A stretch of DNA of 64,000 bases from Macrostomum lignano. Lineage: Eukaryota. Shown in pieces: positions 1 to 12,000 of this stretch. The notes beneath the pieces were generated by a model. That model did no database searches and was not told the origin of the DNA. It worked only from the letters and a program-made list of their open reading frames with translations. Every line of letters starts with the position of its first letter. Within the stretch, counting starts at the first letter, position 1. A program made the position numbers and the translations under genes. The stretch covers positions 1 to 64,000 of the forward strand of contig NIVC01003953.1 of NCBI GenBank assembly GCA_002269645.1, in the 5' to 3' direction.

Positions 1-177
1 CGCCATGTTAATTAGCACCTGCTCAGCCTGCGACTCAACATCTGGCCCGGCCATCTGCATGGTGGCAGGTTGAGGGATCTGACCAGACATGTACAGAGTC
101 TGGCCGAGCTGCACTGCCTGGCTGTATGGCCCAACTGCAGCGGGAGCAGATGTGGTTGCAATGATTTTGCGAAGCAT
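1..177 (-). CDS. RIDA: RidA/YjgF/UK114 family enamine/imine deaminase, N-terminal part (continues beyond window start)
   Basis: Manual translation from ATG at 177: MLRKIIATTSAPAAVGPYSQAVQLGQTLYMSGQIPQPATMQMAGPDVESQAEQVLINMA. It carries the family motifs GPYSQAV and SGQIP; not in the ORF track because it is truncated by the edge. Confidence 0.9.
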   Translation of the reverse strand, partial: MLRKIIATTSAPAAVGPYSQAVQLGQTLYMSGQIPQPATMQMAGPDVESQAEQVLINMA

Positions 178-2078
178 TCTATTCAGTCAGTAGCGCCCTG
201 GCCTGGCTTGCTGAAGTAGTCAGTTTTGAAAAGATTCTGATTTTTTAATCAGTAAAACAAACAATGATTAGAAATTAAATGAACCTTCAATTAAATATTT
301 AGCATTTAGTAAGTATATTATTAGCCCAAATATAAGATTAAAATGATGCTGAAAAATTAAAAATATTCTTGTACTTGAGCAAAACATTCTATCCTTAAAT
401 AAAATTGAATATGAAGTTTAGATAAAACCACTTGGATATAAATGAGAGTTTTATCGACTATAAAAGTTAAATTAAATTATAAATTATCTACCTTGTCTTT
501 TGCTACTTGAATTCATGATAATAGCTGCCTATAAACCTATTTTGAATATTCATCTGAGGCATAGCTTTTTGTTTTGCTTCCATTTTTAGGTTGGCTTTGT
601 CATAATATGCATAATCATGCTATAAATATTTGTCTTGTATACAAATTTTCAGATTTAGAAAAACAATAGAAATCAAATATATTCACATAAAAATTCTATT
701 TAACTTAAAAAAATTTTCCATATAGGAAACATATTATATCTCAAAAAAATTTAAAACAACTATAACAAATATTTTATTTTACACCTAAAAAATTGAGTAG
801 GACAATTCTGACAGCCTATAATACTAAGTTTCTACAAAATAAGTATCATAGGTCCAGAAATTTCTTGAGCAGGGCAAAAAATATAAAAATAAAATTTTGG
901 CTCAGCTGAACAAAGCATGGCCTCTTGCCCCTATTTCTGGATCTGTCAGTCAATGAGCTGAGGTCTGAGGAGCATAGTTTAAATGTGTAAATTGCATTTA
1001 TATTCGAAACAAAATAACCATTTCACTTTTTGCAGCGAAATCCCTTCATGGAATTATCGTATGTATATAAAGATACTTATTCTAAAACTTAAAGAATCCC
1101 CTCTTCAAGTGTTTACCGCCCGTTTTATAAATTGATAGAACACGGAAAAGTTAAATAGTCAGGCTTGGTTTAAACAGAAATTTTTTATTGTTTTTGAAAG
1201 GCAATATTTATTTTATTTTTTTTATCGTTAACAAAAGCGTAATCAATTCAGCCTGAGATGCTATTATTACTGCTTCGTTGTTGAATTTGTTAAAGTTACT
1301 TAAGTATTTACACTGACGATGAAGATTTCGAATTAGCCATAAGTTTCCTTTTTCCCGGCTGCCTTCAGGTGTTTCTTTTCTTATTTTCCTATTTTTTATA
1401 AAATTTGCTTTAAAAATCTCTTCTAAAATTCTTTTAAAATATATCTATATAAAAAACAAGTACTTTTAGTTTTCTTTAGTTCTTTGATAACGAATTTATC
1501 TATTGCTTTGGTTTTGGACAAAGAATTTATAGCGAAAAGTCAAAGGGACGAAAAATAACATAGTATGAAAAAATTACTATCGTCTTTAGCGAAGTAAAGC
1601 GAATGAATGATGACTGTTAAAAGAAAAGGTAAATTTATTGTTCTTGAATATTTATAGCATAAGTATTTGAAAGTGTGCATAGTTTTGTCTTTTTTGGCTT
1701 TTCTGTTCTCTGAAGTTTGGGATACAGTCGTACAGACTCTACAGACTGCTTCTATGCTGCTTCTATACTTCTAGACTCCCGAATGTTTTTATTTTGATTT
1801 ACTATGCAATCTATTAAAATTGAGTTCATACCTCAATGATGCTTTAGTAGTCGCATTTATAGCTGACATACGCATCTTCTGACAAATTTCGCTCAATATT
1901 TTGAGACTACGGATTTTATCTGACTGTGTCTGACTTATGTACTGTAATTGACAATTCCCATGACTTTTAAAAGTAAAATTATTGCTGTCCAGTTTAAAGT
2001 TTTATAAAATTGATTTATCAAATTTCATATGCAGCTTTTAAAAAAATTCACATTTTATTTGTTTTATATAAATATATA

Positions 2079-2464
2079 CAGGGTGTCCCATAAGTAACTT
2101 TACAACTTGTTTCGTGAATAACTTTGTGATTAATGCTTGGATCCCAACCAGATTTTAGCATAGGAAAATATATAGAAAAGGGATTTTTTGACACCAAAAG
2201 CATGTTCATATCAGGCCCAGATTTCGCCTGAGACGCTTACCAACTGCTGGACTTTCCGCGGCGGCTGGAGGCCTGCCTTACAAACGGCGGTGGCCACATC
2301 GAAGGACCCTGAACGGACTGTATTTTTTAACGTATGAACATGCTTTTGGTGTCAAAAAAACCATTTTCTATATATTTTCCTATGCTAAAATCTGGTGGGG
2401 ATCCAAGCATTAATCACAAAGTTATTCACGAAACAAGTTGTAAAGTTACTTATGGGACACCCTG
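2079..2464 (+). mobile_element. Tc1/mariner non-autonomous deletion derivative (MITE-like)
   Basis: About 130-bp TIRs starting CAGGGTGTCCCATAAGTAAC and ending GTTACTTATGGGACACCCTG, flanked by TA on both sides (2077-2078, 2465-2466). The core encodes a transposase C-terminus remnant (FPRRLEACLTNGGGHIEGP*). Confidence 0.9.
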
Positions 2465-2750
2465 TACATAGCATTAAAAGTTGAAGTCTAAATGTCAGCT
2501 AAGTTATGCTTCTTTAGATAATTCGAATTCAGATAGGAGAAGAAACTGAATATAAAGAATATGCCCTCGCTGTAATACCAGACCTCTGTTACACGAATAT
2601 TTGAACAATTACTGACGCTTAAAACATACTGAACATACAGTAGAAGCTCCATACTTTTGTTACATGTAGAAATTACAGGATAAAAGTAATATTCAACAAT
2701 TTTCAAATCGGCAACCCTAATTTAATGGTACCTTAATTTTGTGCTCCCAG

Positions 2751-5700
2751 ACTTTCAAAAGACAGCGGCCTACATTCACCAGTTCCTATTGAAGCTGGAC
2801 TTCACGCCGGAATGCGCCGAAGTTCGCGACACTCTCAACCTGGCTCTTCTGTACATGCAGAAGTACTACCGCTCCATGCGCAGGCGGGTGGAGACCGCGG
2901 CAGGGAGACGCCGTCACTTCAGAGCGGCGCTTCCTCGGCTCGAGGCCTGCAGTCGCCGATGACGCCGTTCAGCGACTCGCCGGACAAGTTCCAGTGGCGC
3001 TGGCCGGAGGTCGACAGTCGAAGATTCGGCAACGTGGCCGCAACGCAGGACTCCGGCATGCAGAGCGGCGCGCCGCTGTCCGTGACGGTCAGCCGGAATG
3101 GCGATCTCGAGACGCTGAAAACGCTGTTTAAAAAAGGTGAGCTGCACTTTTCTCCACAACGAAAATAATTAATATTTTCCTCTAGAGAAGAATTCTAGCA
3201 TCATGGGATTACGGTTTACAAAGCTTTTCGAAAGCCTGATCGGCTGCAAATATAAAGTTAATATAAATACTCGCAGGAGGACTGTCGGGATGTGGTTTTG
3301 GGATGACGACACCGAATGGGGGGCAATGCTGCCCATCACATGACTCCTGAGCACCAGTGTTGGGCAAGTTACTCAAAAAAGCAACTTGCATTACTGTAAC
3401 TTAAGTTACCAATTTTTAAAAAGTAACTTATGTTAGCCTAGTAACTTTAGACAAAAACTTGGTAACTTTTAAGTTACTGTCCGTTACTCACTTCCGATAC
3501 CCATGTTATTACCAAAATTTTCACATTGCACATTTTTTCACATTGTTGTTACCGAAATTTGCCATTGGGCATTGGGATTAACCGATTAACAGACAGAGAC
3601 AGGAATTGGCGACACGATGTGAGGCAAGTAGAAGGACCAATGGGCAATGGCAATCAATTTAATTAAAATTATAAATGATAAAATAAACGAATATCAATAA
3701 TTCAATAGAGTAAAATAAATAGAACCGTATAAAATGGTGTAATGTACTGCAGTGCCAGTGGAGGGACTTGTGGAGGCTACAGGTGAATTTCTTTCTTTGG
3801 TTGTTTGTTTGAATCAAACTTGAAAATTTTTAGTAACGAAAATGAAAGGCGAAAATATTTTACCGAAATTAACAAAGTAAAACATGTTTCAAGTATTTCT
3901 TCATTAAATAAGCGCAATACCATATGATACTATTCACTTAATTTTGAATTTAGGAATGAAAAATGCAAAAAAATGTGACAACCAGCGTACTAGCTAAGCA
4001 TTTCAGTTTCAAATTTAAATATTGCGATTGTTGCAAAGTAACTGTAATGGACTTTCGAAATTTAGTAACTTACCGTTACTCCGTTACTAAAATAAAAAAG
4101 TAACTTTAAAAAGGAACGCTTTACGAAAAAGTAACTTGCGTTACCATTTGCAAGTTACTCGGTAATGGAAGTGCCCAACACTGCTGTGCGCATACAAGCG
4201 CGCGAATACTGTACACAGTCACGCACTCGTGCACACGCTCATTCAGGGTGTACAGCGGCCGTAAATTTATAATCTTCGAATGTTCGAGTATAATGTTCGA
4301 GTATAGGTATTCGTACTTCAATTGTCCTGTTTAAAGTACATGCAAAACCAGTGTTACCAGCTTACTAATCATAATCAATGCGTCTATACGCTTTCCTTTA
4401 AAATACATCGCTGTCCATTTGGCTAGAGTATTTCGTGTCACATTGGAGAGACACCAAGGGAGAGACGATCAGACAGAGCTAATTGCCTAGTAAAGCTTTA
4501 CTCATACTCGGTGCGATGATGAGTATGTTTCTAGATGGAGCGTGAGCATTAGCCAGCTGCCGACTTTGAACTGCATGATAGGCACAAATATTCAAGCCAA
4601 ACATTGTAAAAGACTCGAAATTGGCTTGAGAATCTAATCAAATTCATTTCCAGATCCTCGCAGCATTGACGAGCCCGACTGTTTCGGCCGCAGTCCGCTG
4701 ATGCACGCGGCGCAGCACAACCAGTTCGCCGTGGCCGAGTGGCTGCTCCGCTCCGGGGCCAACGTCAACGCCTGCGCGCACGGTTCGACACCTGACTACT
4801 ACTATTAGTATCTTGATTATTTAGTCTGTTTAGGGTTGCTACTTTTATGCAAATGAAACTCAAATCCGCTCCTCTGATTCTACCACAAGCCACTCTGATT
4901 CCACAACAGGCCACTCTGAGTCCACAACAGGCCACTCTGAATCCACAATAGGCCACTCTGAATCCACAACAGGCCACTCTGAATCCACAATAGGCCACTC
5001 TGAATCCACAGCAGGCCACTTTGAATCCAGAATAGGTCACTCTTGAATCCACAACAGGCCACTCTGAATCCACAACAGGCCACTTTGAATCCAGAATAGG
5101 TCACTCTAAATCCACAACAGGCCACTCTGAATCCACAACAGGCCACTCTTGAATCCACAACAGGCCACTCTTGAATCCACAACAAGCCATTCTGAATCCA
5201 CAACAAGCCAGTCTGAATCCACAACAGGCCAGTCTGATTCTACAACAGACCACTCTGATTCTACAGACGCCCCACCCCACCCCAACCCTCCAGACCGATC
5301 AACCGCCCTTCACGTGGCGATCAGCCGTGGCCACGCGGACCTGGCGGAGCTGCTGGTAAAGTACGAAGCCAGCCCAGACGAGCGGGACGTGCTGGGCCGG
5401 GCGCCCATGCACTGGTCGGTGACGTCAACCAGCACCGAGTGCTTGAAGCTGCTTTTGCGCCACCGGGCGGATCCGCGGGTTCGGGACGCGGACCAGGCCA
5501 CGCCGGCGATGTGGGCCTGCCGCCTGGACCGGGTCGACCACTTCGCCCTGCTCAGCGCCCGTCTTGCGGCTGCTTCTGCAGTCGGCAGCGAGGACGACAG
5601 AGACGCATTGGGGAGGACCTACGTGCACTGGGCAGTGCGACGACAGGAGCCTTTAGAGTGCTTGAAGGTAAGCGCAGTGTAAACTTCTTGTAAAACATGT

Positions 5701-8700
5701 TGATGAATTCTAAGAAAATAAGCGCAGTTTTTAGAGGAAACAAACCATTTTTAGTAAATGGACTAGCAATCTAGTGCCCCCCTTCGGGGCGCCCAAAAAG
5801 CAAGTTACGAAAATTATTTATGTGAATCCTATTTGCTTTGAAATCTTAGCAATTTCCCAATAAGTCTTGCCATCTCAGCAATTCCACCCAAAAACTTTAA
5901 AATCTCAGCTATTTCCCCCAAGCCCGGCCAAAAATGAAAAAGGAAAAATGCCGCTGTACACCCCATGTGAGTGTCTGCGTACGTGTCCGCGTGCATCATC
6001 CTCGCTGGCTGCGGACCCCCAAAGACCCCCTCTAAAAATCTAATCTTGCATGTAACTTCACATCGTCTTCAGAACCTGCTGACAGCTCAGAGTGTGCTGG
6101 TCACGGATAACAGTGGCAAAAATGCATTGATGGTCGCAGCCGAGCAAGGTAGGTCAAATCTTATCTAAATTGCTTTTTTCCGGCGCAAGATGGACTTGAG
6201 CTGATTTTAGACTTTTAAAAAAAATAAAACCAGGATCTCTGGCCGCATGCAAACTTATCCTGGAGGCCTGCAAAGACTCCATTGTTGAAGCCATCGACCA
6301 GCGAGATCAGGACCAAAGGACCGCCGCTCACCTGGCCACTCTGGGTGGTCACGGTGAGGTGCTCAACTACCTGCTAGACAGCGGAGGTATGGGGCTGGTT
6401 TCACGTGTAGTCTTTTACAAATTGGATTCAAAATATGCCTGATCGGCAACGGTTCATTCCTCAGCCAACCTGGAGCTCCGGGACAGCGACAACGCCACGC
6501 TGTGGGACTACGCCAAGCAGAGGCACCTCAACTACTGCAAGCTGATCATCGCCAGCCACTTCCGCCAGCGGTACCGCGACAATGACGCCACCGCAGCAGC
6601 CGGAGGGTCGGCCTTCGATCTGAACTCAATGAGCGAGCAGCTTCGAGGCTCCATGCCTATGGTAGGGACCTGGGGACACTTGAGTAACTGAGGGCTGATT
6701 GAGTGACCCAGTGTAGTGCAGGTCTTGAGCGGAATCGAGGTGTAATAGGCTGTTGTGGAATCCGATTGGGTGTGTTGGAGGCTGTTGTGGAATCCTATTG
6801 GGTGTGTTGGAGGCTCTTGTGGAATCCTATTGGGTGTGTTGGAGGCTGTTGTAGAATCCGATTGGGTGTGTTGGAGGCTGTTGTGGAATCCTAGTGGGTG
6901 TGTTGGAGGCTGTTTTGGAATCCGATTGGGTGTGTTGGAGGCTGTTGTGGAATCCTAGTGGGTGTGTTGGAGGGTGTTGTGGAATCCGATTGGGTGTGTT
7001 GGAGGCTGTTGTGGAATCCGAGTGGAAGTTGGAGGCTGTTGTGGAATGAGGGTGCAAGGTCGGTTTCATGTGTAGACATTGTTTTTTCAAGCAATTGCTT
7101 CCGAACAACTTATTTGGTATTGATTGATTGCAGTTTATGACAATCCACTAATCCAACTGATATGCCGGCTGCACCTCAGGTTGAAGAGTTTCCAACTAAC
7201 ACTACTTACAGTAGGCGGCTTTTATCTCCTCTCAGTGACAGCTAATTACTCCCGAACTCCTAACCATCCCCTGCGCCGCCAGCTGCTGGCAAAGTTCCCC
7301 AGCCCGTGCTCCCAGCAGCAGCCATCAGCAGCCGCATCCTCTGCTGCCGGAGCCGGGCACGGGCCCAAATCCCAGTCGCAGAGTGGGAGCGCCGGTGGCG
7401 GGTCGGCCAGCAACCTGTTCACCATGCGCCCGAGGCCGCCGCCGCTGCCGCAGCCCAGCAGCTCGAATTTGACCTCGTCTGCGCCGCGTACTCCGCGGAC
7501 GCCACGGACTCCGCGAACTCCGCGAACTCCCCGGATGCAGCCAGCGCCGTCGCAGAGCCGCCAACGCGCCGACTCTTCGTCGATCATCGGTCTCGACGCC
7601 TCCTGTTACGAGTCGGACGGCGCTGAAATCGACGACGACGAGGAGGCCGGCAGGCCGTCGGCGCCGACGCCGCGCCGAGCCAAGAAAGCGCAGTTGACGA
7701 AGCAGAGCGGCTTTGCAGTGCCGCCCGAGCCAGCGGAATACAACAGAAATTATGCGGCCTCGGAGTCTGCGGACAATGATGAGGCTGGCAGCTCAAACGA
7801 TGGCGCAGACAGGAAGCCAAGTGTCCACGTGAGGATCTGGGACAAGTTCCTCGTCTCAGTCTTGTAGACAACTGTTTCTGCCACTGTCCTTTCTCATTTA
7901 AATAGCATGCACTCTTTGTGTCGCAGTCACTCGCCTAACTATATAGAAAATGCACTGAGCGCACTCATTTCCCATTCTCGTTTTATATTTCTGCCCCTCC
8001 CAGCACCCACCTCACTACCGATGACGCCAGCTTCACTTCTATTGTATAAGAAAATTAGCTTGGCCATGGATGAGTTAATTTTTAAAAATAGAAATGATTT
8101 GGAAAACAATTTCTGCTATTCGCGCACCGTGGTAACAATATGGTACAATATGATATGCACGCATTTTAGAAAAACATTATGAAAATAAACTTATACTAAG
8201 GCAACAGCGTAATTAAACAAAATTTCCAGGAAATTTCGCCGAGACCGCCGACAACGCCGCCGCCAACGATTCGGCGTCGATTGCGAAGCTTGGAAGCGAC
8301 AACGGAGGCGGTGGCGACTGCGACCGCGGCTGCCGCTTCGTCGCGTCGGAGCTCCAGGGAAAACTGGGCCGACGCGTCCGGCGGATTCGATCGGAAAGAG
8401 AGCGAAGACGACGGCGTGGAGATGGCGGTGGCGTCGGCCGAAATTCCAGGTGCGAAAATTTGATACTCACAACCAGTCATGAGCTAAAGAAGCGATGCTT
8501 TATGCCTTGAAATAAAAAATAATAAACGATGAATTAGGACGCTCGTCTAAGAGTGCAAATATGTGACCTTGTTGGTCTTGGCTCACTGTCTTCCGCTAGA
8601 GGAGAAGTCGTAACAAGACCTTATAAAGCGTTTCCGCTCATCAGGGCCACACGTGTTGTAAATGCCTGACGATGAAAGGTAAGGGCTCTTGTACACTCTG

Positions 8701-10242
8701 AGACTCTGCGTACGTGTGAGAGCTCGAATTTTAAGGAAATGAGCATTCATGACTCGAGAAAAGTAATAAGGACCAGAAGTACCTGGCTGGAGGGAGGGTT
8801 AGGGTCAGGCTCATGCTGCACTATAATTTAGTGGAACCGACTGATTCAAAACCCGCCAGATCCGCTGCTCGGCCTGATTGGCGCCACAAGCAGCGCCGGT
8901 TCGCTCAACGGCGCGGCGGTAAGCGACGATCCTCCGGCGATGATCTTGGCCCACGACGAAGCCGACCCGGCGTCGGACAGCGTCCTGCTGCCTCCGCCGC
9001 CGCAGTTTCAGGCTGACAGCTCCCCTGGCTTGAAGGGCGAGTCGGTTGAAGTGGCGAGCCCTGCAGACGCGACCACGGCAGACCCCACTGAGGAGCCACA
9101 GCCTGTAAACGTGCTGCCATGTAAGAATTTGCATAAATGTTAACAATTAGGGAACATTGTTTAACTAATATAAAACCAGATAGATAATTAAGTTTTGGGA
9201 ACTAACAGGTGGTTCAGAGATCCCAACCAAACAGAAACACCAACCAACATCGCCTACCTGCTGCCTTGCTTCCACTAACACCAAACAAAACCCGCAAGAC
9301 ACCAACCAGCATCGCCTACCTGCTGCCTTGCTTCCACTAACACCAAACAAAACCCACAAGACACCAACCAGCATCGCCTACCTGCTGCCTTGCTTCCACT
9401 AACACCAAACAAAACCCACAAGACACCAACCAATTTCCCCACCCGCAGCCCCTCGCCCGCTACCGGCGCAGCTTCAGCCGCTGGGCGTGGCGCCCGGCAG
9501 TCGCCTTCCCGGCGTCATCGCTTCGGAAGCTCCGATTGGCAACGGCGATTCCACTGCGACATCAGCGAACCCTACCGCTCAAACAAAGAAAAAGAAGAAG
9601 ACAAAGCGCCGGGCGCACTCGTCCACGCAGCAGCAGCAGCAGAACGGCTTTTCTAGCGGAATTTCGCCGGCTGCGCCGCTTGCGCCACCTGGGGCGGCTT
9701 CTTCTGGTGGACTGTTCCAGCCGCTCAGCCCGTGAGTGAGACTGCGGAGCTGGCCTAGAGAATGTGATGAGAGGAGAGGGACAAGGGGGTCGGAGGGGAG
9801 GGAGGAGGGTTTTCACACTGTCTGGAGACGCGACGGCTTATCAAAATCGGAACGCTTTTTTCGCACCGCTTGTACAGCCGCGCTCAACTGCTTGACGGCG
9901 CCAACGCGGGTCCCCCTTGGCTGGGACACCAGCGACCGCTGGACTTCCCGATCGCCTCTCCGCGATCTGGACATCAGCAAACTCCGCCTCAGCTGGCGTC
10001 CGCTACCGCATCTGACAGTCAGCAGCCTCCTTCGTCCCCATCCGGGTTGTGGTGAGTCTCTGCATTATTTAGAGAGATTCTTTATTCTCAATCGCCCAGT
10101 TCTCATTTTTATTGAATTCATTTTTCATTTTTAATTGCAGACCTCGCCGCCGCAGGGTAAGGGGATTTTCTTCCCGGTGCCGGGCAAGCCGCGACCTACC
10201 TGGGTGGCCGGGCCCGTGGCTGGCCGAGGCTCGGAGTTGTGA
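2751..10242 (+). CDS. Multi-exon ankyrin-repeat protein (inversin/ANKRD55-like N-terminal repeats, long low-complexity C-terminus)
   Basis: GT-AG exons 2751-3136, 4654-4782, 5294-5667, 6073-6148, 6234-6386, 6465-6661, ~7134/7236-7828, 8230-8449, 8860-9120, 9449-9731, 9878-10051, 10141-10242. Ankyrin consensus in NGDLETLK, GRSPLMHAA, STALHVA, GRAPMHWS, GKNALMVAA, RTAAHLA. Most junctions are phase-compatible; three are not (see findings). True start not located. Confidence 0.85.
3355..4183. mobile_element. hAT-like non-autonomous element in ankyrin-gene intron
   Basis: 12-bp TIR CAGTGTTGGGCA...TGCCCAACACTG, degenerate 8-bp TSD (CTGAGCAC vs CTGTGCGC, 6/8), and many subterminal GTAAC/GTTAC motifs. 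Confidence 0.75.
4873..5266. repeat. Intronic minisatellite, 21-bp unit GAATCCACAACAGGCCACTCT
   Basis: About 18 tandem copies, directly visible; explains the repetitive spurious ORFs 4765-5224. Confidence 0.95.
5763..5794 (-). mobile_element. Possible Helitron 3' terminus
   Basis: On minus: GC hairpin GCCCC-GAAGG-GGGGC, 9 nt spacer, then CTAG followed by T. This matches the canonical Helitron 3' end; no 5' end identified. Confidence 0.35.
6745..7048. repeat. Intronic minisatellite, ~32-bp unit GTTGTGGAATCCGATTGGGTGTGTTGGAGGCT
   Basis: About 9 tandem copies, directly visible. Confidence 0.95.
9232..9432. repeat. Intronic tandem repeat, 62-bp unit x ~3
   Basis: CATCGCCTACC recurs at 9248, 9310 and 9372. 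Confidence 0.9.
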
Positions 10243-11648
10243 TCGACGGAGGCTGCGGCGCGCTTCGGTCAGGTCAAGCTTTGCCAGAATTTCTGTGTGG
10301 CCCAAAGAAAGCACCAATTATTGCTTGCAATAATGCTCTTAAAAGAAGTATTCCATCAGTGTCATTAGAAAAAAGCAAAATCTTATTTTATAATAAATAT
10401 GGAGTCAAGATCTAAAAAATAATAAATGTGATTTAAGCTAAGCCATAATATAAAAAAGCAAATAAAAGTCTACTTGCCTGCAATAAGTGTATCAATAGTG
10501 CAATAAAAATAGAAGGAGTTTTCACAAACACAGTTAAAGTGAGGAATTTAGAAGAGTTCATGACTCAGTCAACAGGGGTGCATGATCGAATCAAAGAAAA
10601 CGTCGCAAATTGTTTTATTAAATAAACAATATAATATACAACGGGAAATTATAATTTTAGTTTTCCAATTGTTAGAATTTTCCACTGAATTCTTTTTTGG
10701 TAATTTTATTTAACTCGTATTCAGAGAACTTTAAAGAATTAAATACAATAAAATTTGTTTGAAGTACTACAAATCCGTAATTTTCTATAACTTTTTACGA
10801 AATATTACCAATTTGAATTTCCTGTCGGTGCTGAAACGCGATAAGATAAATATATATAATTGTATGCAATTTTTTCAATGATAAGTCGAATTCTTAGCTA
10901 ACTTAAATCGCAAAATTTGTTTAAAATGTACAGCTTATTCTCTTGCCCAAGATATTAGCGGTAGGGACAGGCTTGCCCGCTGCATGCAAAGCTGCACTCA
11001 GCTTCTGCTATATTCCTCTGATAGTTTCAAATTACTTTTTTATAATTAAATGAATACGATAACGCAATGTTTTAGTTTTTTTACATCGATGTGCGCGTTT
11101 TTGTTGTGATCGAGGACGCTCTTTTTTGCTGTGCCATTCTTTTGTTCAATTCTTTCTCAAGTCTATAAATATTTAAATATCTGACACATTTAAATGTGTT
11201 GACACATTGACTGCTCATGTTAGCAGCTGTAGCTGTAAAAATTGTATAACATTTTTATTTGATTGTCTGGTCACAGTTATTAAAACAGTCAAGTGGCAGG
11301 TTGTGCTCTTTTGTTTAATCACTTTTTAATAATAATTCTTATTTATTTTAGCGCAGACATTGCTTTAATACGCTTACGTATACCGTTTAACACCCGAAAC
11401 TTTGTTTAAATATCTGAAAATATACTTCCCGCAATGCGGGATCTTTCGCGAATTAATGTGTCCTGATTTTCTTTTTTCCTCTATTCCGACTTTCGCCTCT
11501 TGTAACCATTGCTCTCAAGCGGCCTTGTGTGTACTTTCAATAATTTATTTAATGTATACCGGTATAAAATTTATATTGGCTTTGTTCCTTCTAAAAGTCG
11601 TCTATATTAGTTATATTATAAATACATAAAAGTTCATGTAGTTTGTAT

Positions 11649-12000
11649 GCACCAGGGGGCGCCAGCACCAGGGGGCGCCAGCACCAGGGGGCGCCAGCAC
11701 CAGGGGGCGCCAGCACCAGGGGGCGCCAGCACCAGGGGGTGCCAGCACCAGGGGGCGCCAGCACCAGGGGCGCCAGCACCAGGGGGCGCCAGCACCAGGG
11801 GGCGCCAGCACCAGGGGGCGCCAGCACCAGGGGGCGCCAGCACCAGGGGGCGCCAGCACCAGGGGGCGCCAGCACCAGGGGGCGCCAGCACCAGGGGGCG
11901 CCAGCACCAGGGGGCGCCAGCACCAGGGGGCGCCAGCACCAGGGGGCGCCAGCACCAGGGGGCGTCAGCACCAGGGGGCGCCAGCATGCACCAGGGGTGC
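11649..12000 (+). repeat. 16-bp tandem array GCACCAGGGGGCGCCA (~22 copies; CTCF-motif-like)
   Basis: Nearly homogeneous 16-mer array in intergenic AT-rich DNA. Confidence 0.95.

Noticed and set aside
8597-8640. 18S rRNA 3'-end-like string GGAGAAGTCGTAACAAG...GTTTCCG
   Set aside because: Only 17+7 nt match, split by 12 unrelated bases, with no further rRNA similarity on either side.
8600-8680. Hammerhead-like core on minus strand (CTGATGAG-CG-GAAAC)
   Set aside because: No helix II closing pair, helix III only 2 bp, and helix I cannot form.
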